The notes beneath the pieces are model-generated. The model was not told where the DNA came from. It saw only the letters and a list, made by a program, of their open reading frames with translations, and did not search any database. Shown piece after piece: positions 25,985-39,236 of a stretch of DNA of 64,000 nucleotides. Both the position numbers and the translations under genes were made by a program. Positions within the stretch are counted from its first letter, which is position 1. Each line of letters opens with the position of its first letter. The stretch comes from Octopus vulgaris (taxonomy: Eukaryota): NCBI GenBank assembly GCA_951406725.2, contig OX597817.1, forward strand, positions 53,940,001 through 54,004,000. Direction: 5' to 3'.

Positions 25985-26735
25985 ATTTCAGCTGTGTATG
26001 ACTATTGTATTGTATGTGCTGTGAATATCTCACTGTGTGTGTGTGTATGAATGAATGTGTCTATGTGACTAGGGTATGGTCTGTATATGTGTGTATCCGT
26101 TGTAGAAAAGAGCATGTGTGTTATTAATGGATTTCAGCAGTGATTAAGGCTTTACACACACATACACACACACACACATACTATATATGTGTGTGTGTGG
26201 TTGTGAGTGTGTATGTGCTAATGTTCGTGTGTGCGTGTGAATGTTTTTCAACTATATATAGCTGTTGTTCTATTATGCGTACAGTATATACAGTTTGTGT
26301 AGGGTGTATGTTTATACATACATTTATATACTCTCTGTGTGTGTACAGGTTTGCTCAGACGACGAACTCTGAGTATCGCCATCTCACGCTCTACTCCATC
26401 TCACTCTTTCTCTATATATATATATGTGTGTGTGTATATATGTGTGTATATATAGCCATCGCACGCGTAGTTATAGTCATATACATTGATAAACAAAGAC
26501 CAGCAGATACATTAAAAATATACACACACACATACACACATTTATGAATAGAAAGACAGAGAGAGAGAGAGAGAAAGACAGAGAGATAGATAGATAGAGA
26601 GAGAGTGGGTGATAGAGAGATAGACAAAAAGACAGAGGAAGGGGTTTAGAGCCACACACAACACAATACTATACACTCGCTCTCTCTCAAAACCACACAC
26701 ACACACACACACACAGATCACTTAGTAACACTTAC

Positions 26736-27020
26736 AAACACACACACACACATTCCTTTATGTGCAGCATTTTTTTGTTTTTGTTTTTCTGAGGACTTTT
26801 TTGAATGTGTGTGTACGTGTTCTTTATGGATGTACATGTGAGTGAGTGAGTGCTTGATTATGTGTGTGCGTGTGTGAGTGCCTGGTGCCCCTAATGATTA
26901 TTTTTGTACTGCTACATGGCACAGTGGAAGTCCTCAGCCTGGCGCAGCAGCAGCAGTAGTAGTTGTGTCAATGGTTGTGAGCACGCGCTCTGGCCCGCTC
27001 TACTCACGCACACGCTCCTG
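26736..27020 (-). promoter_or_regulatory. Candidate first exon / promoter-proximal GC-rich patch
   Basis: GC/CpG-rich unique patch at 26880-27020; downstream donor |GTAAGT at 26735-26730. Confidence 0.3.
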
Positions 27021-27024
27021 TGCG

Positions 27025-27055
<31 letters not shown>

Positions 27056-27179
27056 ATGTGTGTATGTGTATGTATGTTAATTGTTGGCTTTTGTGTTTAA
27101 TTACGATAAAAACAATCTGACTTTAATTTGAGGGGGTTACGCTATATTTTCGTAAGAGTACGAGACTATTCTTGAAGTA

Positions 27180-27287
27180 GAATATTGTTGATAGTGACTT
27201 CGGAGTTTCGGCCTGTTAAGCCATCGTCGGACATCAGACAATGGCTTAACTGGCCGGAACTTCGAAGTCACTATTCAACAGTGTTCT
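27180..27287. ncRNA. Fold-back of two diverging decayed hammerhead motifs
   Basis: About 50-bp inverted arms; minus arm CCGACGA t GGC ttaacag GCC GAA ACTCCGAAGT C; plus arm CAGACAA t GGC ttaactg GCC GGA ACTTCGAAGT C. Confidence 0.65.
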
Positions 27288-27351
27288 TTAAGATTAAACG
27301 TGTGTATGTACCGGCTATATATGCACATATGCGTGTATGTGTATGTATATA

Positions 27352-27403
<52 letters not shown>

Positions 27404-27523
27404 ATTGAGGTAATCAGATCAGATGGTTCATATTTGTAGATATTTATTTATATATTACATTTTTTACATATATATCATATCATTCGGATTAGCGCTTGCT
27501 CCCATTCTAGTGGGTTTTCAAAT

Positions 27524-27587
<64 letters not shown>

Positions 27588-27720
27588 ATATTTATGTATA
27601 TATCAATAATAATAAAAGGGTACTCCATTGTCTCCCGAGACAAAAAGGATGCCAACCAAAATTAATTAGCTGACCCCTGATTATAATTATGTTTATAATT
27701 ATAGAATATTTATGTATATG

Positions 27721-27753
<33 letters not shown>

Positions 27754-27773
27754 ATGTAGTATGTATATATATA

Positions 27774-27826
<53 letters not shown>

Positions 27827-28041
27827 TTATGCGTGTGCGTGTGGTTCATTTTCGTAAGAGTTTCACTTTGATAAGAGGTTCCACGAAACTTCGTGACGAA
27901 AGGAAGCCTTAATTTGAAGAAAAAATATCTCTAGGACTTTTTTCCGCTCATTTGTAATTTATGTAGGCATATACATGCACACATACATACACACATGCAT
28001 ATATATAGATATATATATGCATGTATATATAGTTATATATA

Positions 28042-28455
28042 TCTTTTACTCTTTTACTTGTTTCAGTCATTTGACTGCGGCCATGCTGGAGCACCGCCTT
28101 TAATCGAGCGACTCGACCCCGGGACTTATTCTTTGTAAGCCCAGTACTTATTCTATCGGTCTCTTTTGCCGAACCGCTAAGTTACGGGGACGTAAACACA
28201 CCAGCATCGGTTGTCAAGTGCTAGGGGGGACAAACACAGACACACAAACACACACACATACACATACGTATATATATATATACATATATACGACGGGCTT
28301 CTTTCTGTTTCCGTCTTCCAAATCCACTCACAAGGCTTTGGTCAGCCCGAGGCTATATTAGAAGACACTTGCCCAAGGTGCCACGCAGTGGGACTGAACC
28401 CGGAACCATGTGGTTGGTAAACAAGCTACTTACCACACAGCCACTCCTGCGCCTA
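28042..28455 (-). mobile_element. SINE family B, full length, near consensus
   Basis: Head GGCGCAGGAGTGGCTGTGTGG, box GGGTTCAGTCCC, CCTTGGGCAAG core-like motif, CpGs intact. Confidence 0.92.
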
Positions 28456-28724
28456 TGTGTATGTAATTTATATAAAATCTGTATGCCTGATTAGTCTTAA
28501 GAATCATTTCAAAATACCCCGCCATCACCCTCCGTCACTGAATACATGAATGAGCCTAGTGTTGATATGTGTGTTACTGAAACACGGTCGTGTTTTTCGT
28601 ATACGTCTGCTAGAATACACACACACATACATATATACATACATATATGTATATGTGTGTATGTGTGTATGTATACAAAATTCTATTTAGGAGAGAGAAA
28701 TGGGTGAGAAATCCGGGTAAGTAA

Positions 28725-28788
<64 letters not shown>

Positions 28789-29397
28789 ATCTCAGCTGCT
28801 GCTGTCTGTATTGTAGGAAAGTGAATGTAAAGAGAAGGAAGGGGGGAGGAGATGAAGTAGGAAGTGAGAGAAAGGGAGAGAGAAGGGGAGGTAAAGAAAA
28901 AGAAAGGGAGTGAATGTGTGAGAGGGGAAAAGACAGAAGGAAGATTAGTAAGACGTCAGAGAAAGAAATAGAGAGAGAGAGAGTGTTTGTGTAAATGCAC
29001 ATATGTGAGGGAAAGTGGGAGACGGAGAGAATGTAAGAGTAAGAGCGGGAGGTAGGACAAGAGTGAAAGGAAGAGAGGGTGTTACAAGATAGAGTTACGT
29101 AAGTGAGAGAGGAAAAGAAAGGCGTTGGAGAAAGAGTGATAGAAAGACTGAACAAGTAACTAATACCTGTCTTTGTGTTGAATGTACATAGACACACACA
29201 CACAGACGCATACACATGTTAGAGTTAGATAGATAGATAGAGAGATAGAGAGAGAGGCGGAGTTGTAGAAAGAAGAAAGCTTAGATAGGTTTCTTTGAAC
29301 AGGACTATAGATCTGTCTGCCTGATCAGGTCGGGATCTGGGAATTTGTTGATGTTATTAATTATAATGTTGCTTGTGGTTAATAATGGTGATATTAC

Positions 29398-29580
29398 TGG
29401 TGGTGGTGGTGGTAGTGGTGGTGGTGGTGGTCGTCGTGGTCGTCGTGGTCGTCGTGATGGTGCTCGTAGTCGTGGTGATGGTGGTGGTGGTGGTGGTGGT
29501 GGTGGCGGTGGTGGTTGTGGCGGTTGTGGTGGTGATGGTGGTGGTGATGGTGGTTGAGGTTGTGGTGGTGGTGGTGGTTA
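29398..29580. repeat. (GGT/CGT)n trinucleotide array
   Basis: Direct. Confidence 0.9.
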
Positions 29581-30049
29581 ATGTCGACCTTATTATTCGG
29601 GATAGGGTGGGAGTGGAGCCCACACCCCCTGCAAGTCCGTCGCTATTTACCTGTTCCTGTAGGCGGACAAAAAAAAAACAATAGATCAAAGGGCATTTGG
29701 CCTTGGTAGCAGGGCCCATTGATTTCTTGTGGGGTTTCTTTGACAGGCCCTAAAAAAATTGTCGGCGATCCTTCGATATTGGTCTACAGAGTATCGGTAT
29801 GAGGAGACAACGTCATTCACCCTCTTTTTCATCCTTGCCTCTTTATCCTTCTCATGGGGTAAGGTTGTGTGAGTGAATGATGTCGTGTACCAATACCGAA
29901 GGATTTCCCAGTTATTTTCTTCGGGGAAACTTGGTAGAAACTTTGTTGTATTCCTTATCACTTTTTACATAATTCATGTAAACGCCTCACTCTTTGGTAA
30001 GTTTATCATTGTCTTAGACCTTGTGCCAAATGATGAAATTATTATTATT

Positions 30050-30533
30050 GAGTGAGAGAGCAGTGGATGCCATCAAAGTGACACTGAGGTAAAATATACG
30101 AAGCCCAGTATACCCATCATGACTACCCGTCTGATAAGGGCACACCAGGCACATGCATCACAACCATATGTACGCGACATGGTGATTTTATATCATGATA
30201 AACAGCGCATGACCTTGCAGGTAGGGCTCAGTTAGACTTTTCTTCAGGTCGAGTAACCCATCCCGTTCAAAAGGTCACTGAATAAGGTTTGTTCAAGGAT
30301 GATGAACGAACCACCCATGTTTCCAAAGGTGAATGATCCAAACCTCCAAGAATTCCTCTCAACACATGGCTATGATGTTCCCCCACTACTTCTGCTCATA
30401 ATCAGAGATGTACATATCGTCAGCCACTAAGAGACATGGTCAACTGGTTAAGGTCAAACAACTGACAAGCAAATCTGTGGTATTGAGCAGAATATTTGCT
30501 GTAGCCCATTTTTTATACCAAGACAAAACAACA
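30050..30533 (-). mobile_element. Family E: ~485-bp non-coding repeat between (TAA)n tracts
   Basis: End-to-end homology with 49199-49685; 3' end CTCTCTCACTC followed by (AAT)n. Confidence 0.85.
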
Positions 30534-30554
30534 AAAACTTTATTATTATTATTA

Positions 30555-30621
<67 letters not shown>

Positions 30622-30660
30622 CACCACCATCATCATCATCATCATCATCATCATTATTAT

Positions 30661-31147
30661 TGCCTTTGCACAGTTTCTAACGCTGGAGATGTACTACGGT
30701 GTCAGCTGTTCACTACCATAAGGTAACATCCCTTATTTTTCTAGCACCATCCGGAGTATTCGAGCGGTTCCAAGCAGTGCTGTTTTCTGCAAGTGCTCCA
30801 CCCTTATTGCAGCCCCTATTTGTTCCATGTACTTCTCAAGATTTCTACTCACTGTTCCCAGGGCTCCGACAATTATTGGTACCACCACCACATTTTTCAT
30901 CGACCACAACTGCTTAACTTCCCAAGCTAACCTGTCATATCTATCGACTTTTCTTTCTTCCTTATCGCATACCTTGTTGTCAGCTGGGCATGCTATATCT
31001 ATGATCCAGCATCGTTTGCTTTCTTTCTCAATTAAGACTCTGTCTGGCTTCCTTTTCTCTATCTCATGGTCGCACTGGATCATAAAATCCCACAGGATCT
31101 TTGCATTATCATTTTCGATGATGCCTTCGGGTTTGTGGTCGTACCAA
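30661..31147 (-). mobile_element. 5'-truncated R4/Dong-type non-LTR retrotransposon (RLE domain) in (TAA)n
   Basis: Open frame WYDHKP...ILWDF...RKPD...IIDIACP...KVDRY..L...VVPIIVGALG...LQKTALLGTARILR; TAA repeats on both flanks. Confidence 0.92.
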
Positions 31148-31186
31148 TTTATTATTATTATTATTATCATTATTATTATTATAAAT

Positions 31187-31360
31187 ACTTAGCGGTATAT
31201 TTCTTCTGTCTTCGCGTTCTGAGTCCAAATGCCCCCGGAGTCGACTTTGCCTGCGATCCTTTCAGGGCCGATAAATTAAATACTAGTTATGCACAGGGGT
31301 CGATATAATCGACTCATCCCCAAAATTTCAGGCCTTGTGCCTATAGTAGAAAGGATTATT
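31187..31360 (+). mobile_element. SINE family A fragment
   Basis: Homology. Confidence 0.8.
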
Positions 31361-31409
31361 GTTGTTACTATTACACGCAATATCAATTAGCAGGAATGTT
31401 ATTTTGAGG

Positions 31410-32440
31410 TTTCGCGACATGCCTCCTTAAATCTCATGAATCTTTCTTAAGAGTCTTGTTGAATATTGGATGACATTTATCTGCAGATCGAGAACATGTC
31501 TCAATTCCAATATCCTTCAGCCTCTTCTGTAGTATTTTGGGTTTTGTGCTAAATGCTCTAATTATCACACCAATAATTGTCTTTTTCACAGTCTTTTAAA
31601 TTTATTTGTCTATGCTGTGAATTTTAAAAAAATATTTTTCGATTTCAAGGCGGCGAGCTGGCAGAAACGTTAGCATGTGGAGGCACATGGCCTAGTGGTT
31701 AGAGCAGCGGACTCGGGATCTAGGGATCGCGGGTTCGAATCTCAGACCGGGTGAGCGAAACACCTAAGCTCCACGCAAAAAAGGCGACAAGCTGGCAGAA
31801 ACGTTAGCATGCCGGGCAAAATGTACAAGTTACGCACTGGGATCGATATAATCGACTTAATCCATTTGTCTCCTCTGTGTGTAGCCCCTTGTGAGCAGTA
31901 AAGAAATAAGAAACGTTAGCACTCCGGGCAAAATGCTTAGCAATATTTCATCTGTCTTTACGTTCTGAGTTCAAACTCCGCCGAGGTCGACTATGCCTTT
32001 CATCCTTTCGATGTCGATAAATTAAGCACCAGTTGTGTACTGGGTCGATCTAATCGACTGACCCCCACCTCCCCAAAACTTTCGGGCCTTGTGCTTAGAG
32101 TAGAAAAGAATATTTTTCAATTTCTTCGGTATCCGCATTGTTTTCAAATAGTATTGCAAAGTCTATGATCTTGTACTGTTTCTTTTGTCATCTATCATCA
32201 CATCTGGTCTTCTTGCTTCAACAGTATGTTAAGTTTTCATGAGGAAATCCCATAAAATGCTGTAAATCAATTCCTTATCACAGCCTCTAGTTCGTGTTCA
32301 TACCACTTCTCTGCTACTTTGAATCTACACTGTCGGCTAACATCTCAATGCACTCTTCTACCGGTTCAGTCATGCCTGCGCTTACACTCTTTTCGCGCTA
32401 GCTTACTGCATTCACTCAAAACATGGTTAATACTTTCGTT
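31410..32440 (-). mobile_element. Older R4/Dong-type fragment split by SINEs
   Basis: ESINHVLSECSKLARKECKRRHD, KWYEHE, ILWDF, RRPDV, KIIDFA, then after the insertion KRLKDIGIET...TRLLRKI*; contains stops. Confidence 0.85.
31647..32108 (+). mobile_element. Composite SINE A/C/A insertion with 16-bp TSD
   Basis: aatatttttcgatttc (31631-31646) and aatatttttcaatttc (32109-32124); family C head at 31677-31777 between duplicated A heads. Confidence 0.85.
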
Positions 32441-32555
32441 TCATCTTCTGTAGATTCTGTTGGTCTGTAGGAAGGTACTATGCTGAGGAGGTTCATGGGA
32501 GTTCAGAAGCTGGTAATATTGATGCAATTAAATATTCCTCTTGAAAAGTTGTACA

Positions 32556-32641
<86 letters not shown>

Positions 32642-32890
32642 ATGTGTATACATACACACATACACACACACGCATATATGTACGCATGTATGTATGTATG
32701 TATGTATGTATGTATGGATTGATGGATGAGTGGATGAGAGCGCGGGAGAGAGACACACGCAAATACATTTATTCCTGTACACACATGTATATATTGCAAC
32801 AGAAAGGCTAAAGTGATATACACCACATTATCATACTTACAAATACGTGCGTGTGTGCGCCTATATATTATGTACACACAAACACACATT

Positions 32891-32990
<100 letters not shown>

Positions 32991-33177
32991 AGGTAGTTAA
33001 GTGCGTATGTGTATGTGAAGATATAGACGTGTTGGTACAAGAAAGAGAAGTGGGTGGGTGTTGGGGACAAAGGAACAAAGAGACAAACAGTCACACAGAC
33101 AGGCAGGCAGGCAGGAAGACATTGAGGCGGCAGTGACAATGAGACGTGCATTAGAAACGCACGCACTCACATACAGA

Positions 33178-33227
<50 letters not shown>

Positions 33228-33299
33228 CTCACACGCACACACACATACACGCAAGATTTCTATGTATACATATGTATGTATATACATATATATTTTTTT

Positions 33300-33645
33300 A
33301 TTCTTTCACTTGTTTCAGTCATTTAAATGCGGCCAAGCAGGAGCACCGCCTTAAAGGGTTTTAGTCGAAGAAATCGACCTCAAGAATTATTCTTTGAAAG
33401 CCTAGTACTTATTTTATCGGTCTCTTTTGAGAGCGTCGGTTTTTAAGCGATGCTGGGCGGGGGGTGGGGGACAAACGCAGACACACAAACATACACAAAC
33501 AATATATACGACGGGCTTCTTTCAGTTTCCGTTGGTCAGCCCGAGGCTATAGCAGAAGTCACTTGCTCAATGTGCCACGCAGTGGGACTGAACCTGGAAC
33601 CATGTGCTTCGTAAGCAAGCTACTTACCACACAGCCACTCCTACG

Positions 33646-33648
<3 letters not shown>
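33300..33648 (-). mobile_element. SINE family B with internal deletions
   Basis: Homology. Confidence 0.85.
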
Positions 33649-33689
<41 letters not shown>

Positions 33690-33699
33690 TATATATTAA

Positions 33700-33771
<72 letters not shown>

Positions 33772-33941
33772 CATATATGTGTGCACGCGCACACACATGT
33801 CTGTATTTGCTGTACAGCATTCCAGATGTGTGATCGTGTGTTGAAACAGATATTGTTATACTGAGGGATGGTCGTATTTTGCGAAATAAACACACGCACT
33901 ATATATTTGGTATTCACTTCGGTTTTATAATCATTACAGTA

Positions 33942-33980
33942 GTTTCCTAAAGCTCTTTCGTCACACACTCCGTGACCTCG
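33942..33980 (-). ncRNA. 5'-truncated hammerhead-like motif
   Basis: CGA g GTCAC ggagtgt GTGAC GAA AGAGCTTT A; the CUGA part is replaced by a TA run. Confidence 0.45.
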
Positions 33981-34118
33981 TATATAAATATATATATATT
34001 GATAGAAATGGCAAGACAACAAAAGGATGAAAGAGACCTCGATATTATCTAAATAGACGAATTTATCTGTACATATATGTGATAATTGCTACAGAATAAT
34101 TGTCATATATTATATATA

Positions 34119-34518
34119 CTCTTTTTTACTCTTTTACTTGTTTCAGTCATTTGACTGCGGCCATGCTGGAGCACCGCCTTTAGTCGAGCAAAACGACCCC
34201 GGGACTTATTCTTTGTAAGCCCAGTACTTATTCTATCGGTCTCTTTTGCCGAACCGCTAAGTTACGGGGACGTAAACACACCAGCATCGGTTGTCAACCG
34301 ATATTAGGGAGTCAAACACAGACACACAAACACACACACACACATATACATATATATACATATATACAACAGGCTTCTTTCAGTTTCCGTCTACCAAATC
34401 CACTCACAAGGCATTGGTCGGCCCGGGGCTGTAGCAGAAGACACTTGCCCAAGGTGCCACGCAGTGGGACTGAACCTGGAACCATGTGGTTGGTTAGCAA
34501 GCTACTTACCACACAGTC
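34119..34518 (-). mobile_element. SINE family B
   Basis: Homology. Confidence 0.9.
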
Positions 34519-34539
34519 ATATATATATATATTCAATAT

Positions 34540-34747
34540 GTGACCGCGTGTATATCGTTGGCGATTTTTTTCCTCCGTCTTACCTTCCTTGGATCTTTCC
34601 TTTTCTTATGTTTCTAATGAAGAGCTCCGCTCGAAACGTTAAATCCTCCTTCTTTCTTTCCTTTCCTGAGCGTCCAATAACACTATACTTGTTCCACGTC
34701 CTCTCGTTGTTGTGTACTCTCTTTGTGTTTTCATGTTTGGATTAACC
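34540..34747 (+). mobile_element. ~200-bp HHR-bearing repeat (HHR 34610-34644, G5A)
   Basis: gttt CTAATGA a GAGC tcc GCTC GAA ACGT T aaat; homologous to 39592-39800. Confidence 0.75.
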
Positions 34748-34757
34748 ATATATATTT

Positions 34758-34814
<57 letters not shown>

Positions 34815-34837
34815 CAGACATACATACATACATACAT

Positions 34838-34973
<136 letters not shown>

Positions 34974-34982
34974 ATAGATATC

Positions 34983-35147
34983 TTCCGTCTTCCTTTTCTA
35001 TTGGATTCTCCTGTTCCTGAAGAAGAGCTTTGCTCGAAACGTAAAACCACCTTTCTTTCCTTCCTTGAGAGTCTGCTAATACTTTGCATGTACCACGACC
35101 TCGCGTTGTTGCTTTCTTGTGTTCGTTCTTCGTTTTTGTGAATTTAT
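34983..35147 (+). mobile_element. HHR-bearing repeat (HHR 35013-35047, intact core)
   Basis: gttc CTGAAGA a GAGC ttt GCTC GAA ACGT A aaac. Confidence 0.75.
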
Positions 35148-35149
35148 AT

Positions 35150-35350
35150 ATATAATATAATATCCGTTCTGTCTGTCTGTGTGTGTGTCTTCTAGTATCT
35201 CGGGCATCCTCCATCCGATTGCGCTCAAATTTGATATGTAGATACCGACGGTATCAGGGTGTGTATAAGTCTTAAAAGAATTACAAAAATTGATTCCAGG
35301 TGAGAATGCGATCGATAAAAGCCGTGGGAACGTGCATTTGTACGCGCAAG
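35150..35350 (+). mobile_element. Helitron-like repeat 5' part
   Basis: Homologous to 2215-2390 (-). Confidence 0.5.
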
Positions 35351-36299
35351 TACATCAGTCGAAATCTGTGTTTTTCTCTGCGGCAACATCATCGTGGGCA
35401 TTACCGCGGGGTGCGACTGCATACACCATCTGATCTTGGGTATGTGACCCAACGCCCTTTCTATCTTCTGCTGTTTTACCTGCATTTTTTTTTCTTTCTT
35501 TCTTTTCCTTATCTCTCTTTTCCCCCGTTTCTTAGTATCTATATTTGAATAAAAATATAAATTAACGTGAAATTGATATAAACAAAGTATTAATTGTTTA
35601 CGATGTGTCTGGTAGCCTATTTTAAAATTCCGCCAAGATGTATTTATCAAAATATGAACATATAGAAAAAATTCTCATTCTTGGAATTCATGTAGTCATT
35701 GGAGACTCTCAAGTTCTTTAAGAGATATAATTTTTCAAGAGAACATACTAAACATATTTTTGACATATTATCTGGTTTTGGAAAATATTTTCCATTTGAT
35801 GTCGTAGTTAGTAACTTCGTAGCTGGTCGTAGTTGGTCCCGTTCAGATTTAATCTAGAAACTTAGAGTTTCTGGGTCATTACTAGCTCATCAGTATGTTC
35901 ATTAAGCGTACCTCTAAACAAATATTTTAAAACGTATCCATAAATACGATATGTGTGTGTGTGTGTTCAAATTATGCATTACAAGCAGATCTATAATGTA
36001 AACATTCCTAGTTCCCTTTAAAGACGCGTAGTGTTAGAAAAGATCCCAATATATTTCTAGGCGAAACGAAATCGACCCAGAAGTGATCACGTGAGTTGCA
36101 GATATCGTATTTCGCTGTGTTTGCGGCTTATCAATGCCTCACACGTGTCTCTTATGAGACGAAATCGGAATCATTAGTCTGAAGTCCATACAGGTACTGT
36201 ATAAACTTCTTGCTAGCTTACAATGACGTCGCGTAAGTAGAATAAATTTAAATTATGCAATAGGAGCATACACATAACGGAAATCTAAATGTAATGTAG

Positions 36300-36781
36300 A
36301 AGGGCATGTGACATGTCCATATGGATGTGCTCTTTCTAAAACAGGTCATTGGATTTTTAAAGGAATCCAGATTCTTTCAATAGTCGCTCATACTTGGACC
36401 GACTCGTTTAGAAGGGATTCTAAAGGGATTCTTGTGCATGTAAAATCATGTATTGAAGCTAATTTCAGTTGCTCCGATATAAGTTTGAACGTAGGGCTAT
36501 TACAGGATTGGCTCTATACTCTACTTCTTTGATCAAGAAATTGCCATTAAGTGGGAAATTGCTGGGTTTCCTACAATTACATAAAGAATTTTGTTCATTT
36601 TGGTTTCGGAGGGTATTTTCATATTATGTTGTTTCAGCAACAAAGTGAAGTTCTTGTAACAAGAAAAGTTACCTTTCGGGGTGTTTCTATTGAATATATT
36701 GTTTACATTATTTGGACCGGTGCCCTCATTTTGATTGTTGCATTCACTGCGTTTCGGCTGCTGTACAGCCTTCTTCAACAA
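36300..36781 (-). mobile_element. Penelope-like terminal repeat with decayed HHR (36745-36781)
   Basis: TTGAAGA a GGCTG tacag CAGCC GAA ACGC A gtg...caacaatcaaaatgagg, same family as 17.3/18.1 kb; left boundary uncertain. Confidence 0.55.
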
Positions 36782-36955
36782 GAAGAAAGAATGAGAGAAA
36801 GTTGTGGTGAAAGAGTACAGCAGGGTTCTCCACCACCCCATGCCGGAGCCTCGTGGAGCTTTAGGTGTTTTTGCTCAATAAACACTCACAATGCCCGATC
36901 TGAGAATCGAAACCATGATCCCACGACCGTGAGTCAGCTGCCCTTGCACCTCCAC
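36782..36955 (-). mobile_element. SINE family C fragment
   Basis: Homology. Confidence 0.8.
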
Positions 36956-37203
36956 ACAATTAAATAAGTTCCTGTTGAAAGAATGCTAGGTGTTTATCAC
37001 ATTTTATTGTGTTGGTAAGTAGTTGTACTCTTTCTTGACGTTACATTCGGTTTTGATCATGTTTAGACGATCCTCCCCGCAAGCCAAATGAGACAGATTA
37101 TTATGTACAGATATTCAAACCAGTCTAATACAATTTGTATCATTAAAAAAACTAATTCGATTGTCTGGCCTATCAGTTAACAAGCAATTATTCTTAAAGC
37201 GTA

Positions 37204-37772
37204 GGCGTTAGCACGCCGGACGAAATGCGTAGCCGTATTTCGTCTGCCGTTATGTTCTGAGTTCAAATTCCGCCGAAGTCGACTTTGCCTTTCATCCTTT
37301 CGGGGTCGATAAATTAAGTACCAGTTACGAACTGTGGTCGATATAATCGACTTAATCCGTGTATCTGTCCTTATTTGTCCCCTCTGTGTTTAGCCCCTTT
37401 TGGGTAGTAAAGAAATAGAAATAGGTATTTCGTCTGCCGCTACGTTCTGAGTTCAAATTCCGCCGAGGTCGACTTTGCCTTTCATCCTTTCGGGGTCGAT
37501 AAATTAAGTACCAGTTACGTACTGGGGTTGATGTAATCGACTTAATCCGTTTGTCTGTCCTTGTTTGTCCTCTCTGTGTTAAGCTCCTTGTGGGTAGTAA
37601 GGAAATAGGTATTTCATCTGTCTTTACGTTCTGAGTTCAAATTCCGCCGAGATCGACTTTGCCTTTTATCCTTTCGGGGTCGATAAATTAAGTACAGTTG
37701 CGTACTGGGATCGATCTAATCGACTGGCCCCTCCCCCAAAATTTTGGGCCTTGTGCTTAGAGTAGAAAATAA
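37204..37772 (+). mobile_element. SINE family A head-to-tail trimer
   Basis: Unit restarts at GTATTTC at 37235, 37425 and 37609. Confidence 0.92.
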
Positions 37773-38004
37773 TTATTCTTAAACCATTACTATTGCGTTT
37801 ATTACGATACAGTTTCAAAACAGCAAATTCAAAGACAAGAATTTTCTCAGAGAATATCTTATCACAGAAACAGAGAAGGAAGATAAGCTGGTGTAATACA
37901 CCTCATAAAATTGAAGTAGCCACACCCATGGCTAGAATTTTCTTTGCTTTGCTTTAAAATGTTCCAACAGCAACACAGGTGTTATTAAATAATCAATATT
38001 TTGT

Positions 38005-38325
38005 ACTCCGTCGGTTACGACGAGGAGTGTTCTAGTAGATCCTATTAATAGAACAGCCTGCTAGTGAAATTAACGTGCAAGGAGCAGAGTACTCCACTAA
38101 TGCGCGTCCTCTTAACATAGTTCTCAGGGAGATCCAGTGTGACACAGAATGTGACAAGGCTGGCCCCTTTGTAATTACTGGTACAACTCATTTTTGCCAG
38201 ATGAGTGGACTGGAGGAACGTGAAATAAAGTGTCTTGCTCAAGGACACAACACGCTGCCGAGAATCGATCTCACGACCGCACAATTGTGATCCGTATACC
38301 TTACCCACTAAGCCACGCATCTACA
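38005..38325 (-). mobile_element. SINE family C variant
   Basis: Shares the 3' half with C; carries TTGTGTCCTTGAGCAAGACACTT. Confidence 0.8.
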
Positions 38326-38812
38326 TTCCGGCAATGGAGCTTTGTATGCTTGTTAGAAACCAGATCCTTCTTCAGAGGAAGAATTCAAATGAGAACATCT
38401 ATCCATCTATCCATCCATCCATCCATCCATCCATCCATCCATCCATCCATCCATCCATCCATACACACATACATACATACATACAAGTTCAGGTTTATAC
38501 CTGTAATTATTGAGGCTCTGGTGTATGTAACACGCTGCCTAAAGACCAATCTTGAGAAATTAGGGCTTCTGAAAATCAGAAAGGAGAAAGCTAATTCGAC
38601 GACTACAGATCCAATCCATCACTGGAACTGTAAAAATCTGTAAAACTTTCCTGAAGTTTATCATTTAAATATATATGAGCATGTCTAGATATGCAACTAT
38701 ATGCTTGAGAAGACATACATAAAATATTCAAATCTGCACATACATACATACGTACATACATACATACATACATACATACATACATACATACATACATACA
38801 TACATACATACA

Positions 38813-38846
<34 letters not shown>

Positions 38847-39114
38847 CGTATTTATATATACGTAACTATATACGTAACTATATACATACGCACAAGTAGT
38901 TCCCTCCTTGCTAAACCAATGAGAGGAAACGAAATTTGAAGCATCCTGGCCATGTTCTAAGGAAGTGGTTACTTACGTATGTCTGTTCTTTTGTTAAGAA
39001 AGATTCTTCATTAAGTGTGGAATGCCACAGTCAACTGATTGAAACGACACATATATATATATATATATATACATACATATAAAAGTACATGTATGCATGA
39101 GCATATATATGTGC

Positions 39115-39186
<72 letters not shown>

Positions 39187-39205
39187 ATGTATGTATGTAT
39201 GTATG

Positions 39206-39236
<31 letters not shown>

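Noticed and set aside
29686-29961. 91-aa ORF as a novel protein
   Set aside because: No supporting signals; at best a weak resemblance to a decayed LINE endonuclease region
35853-35896. Minus-strand CTGATGA...GAAAC.....GTT motif
   Set aside because: Stem II and stem I do not pair; at most a very decayed HHR
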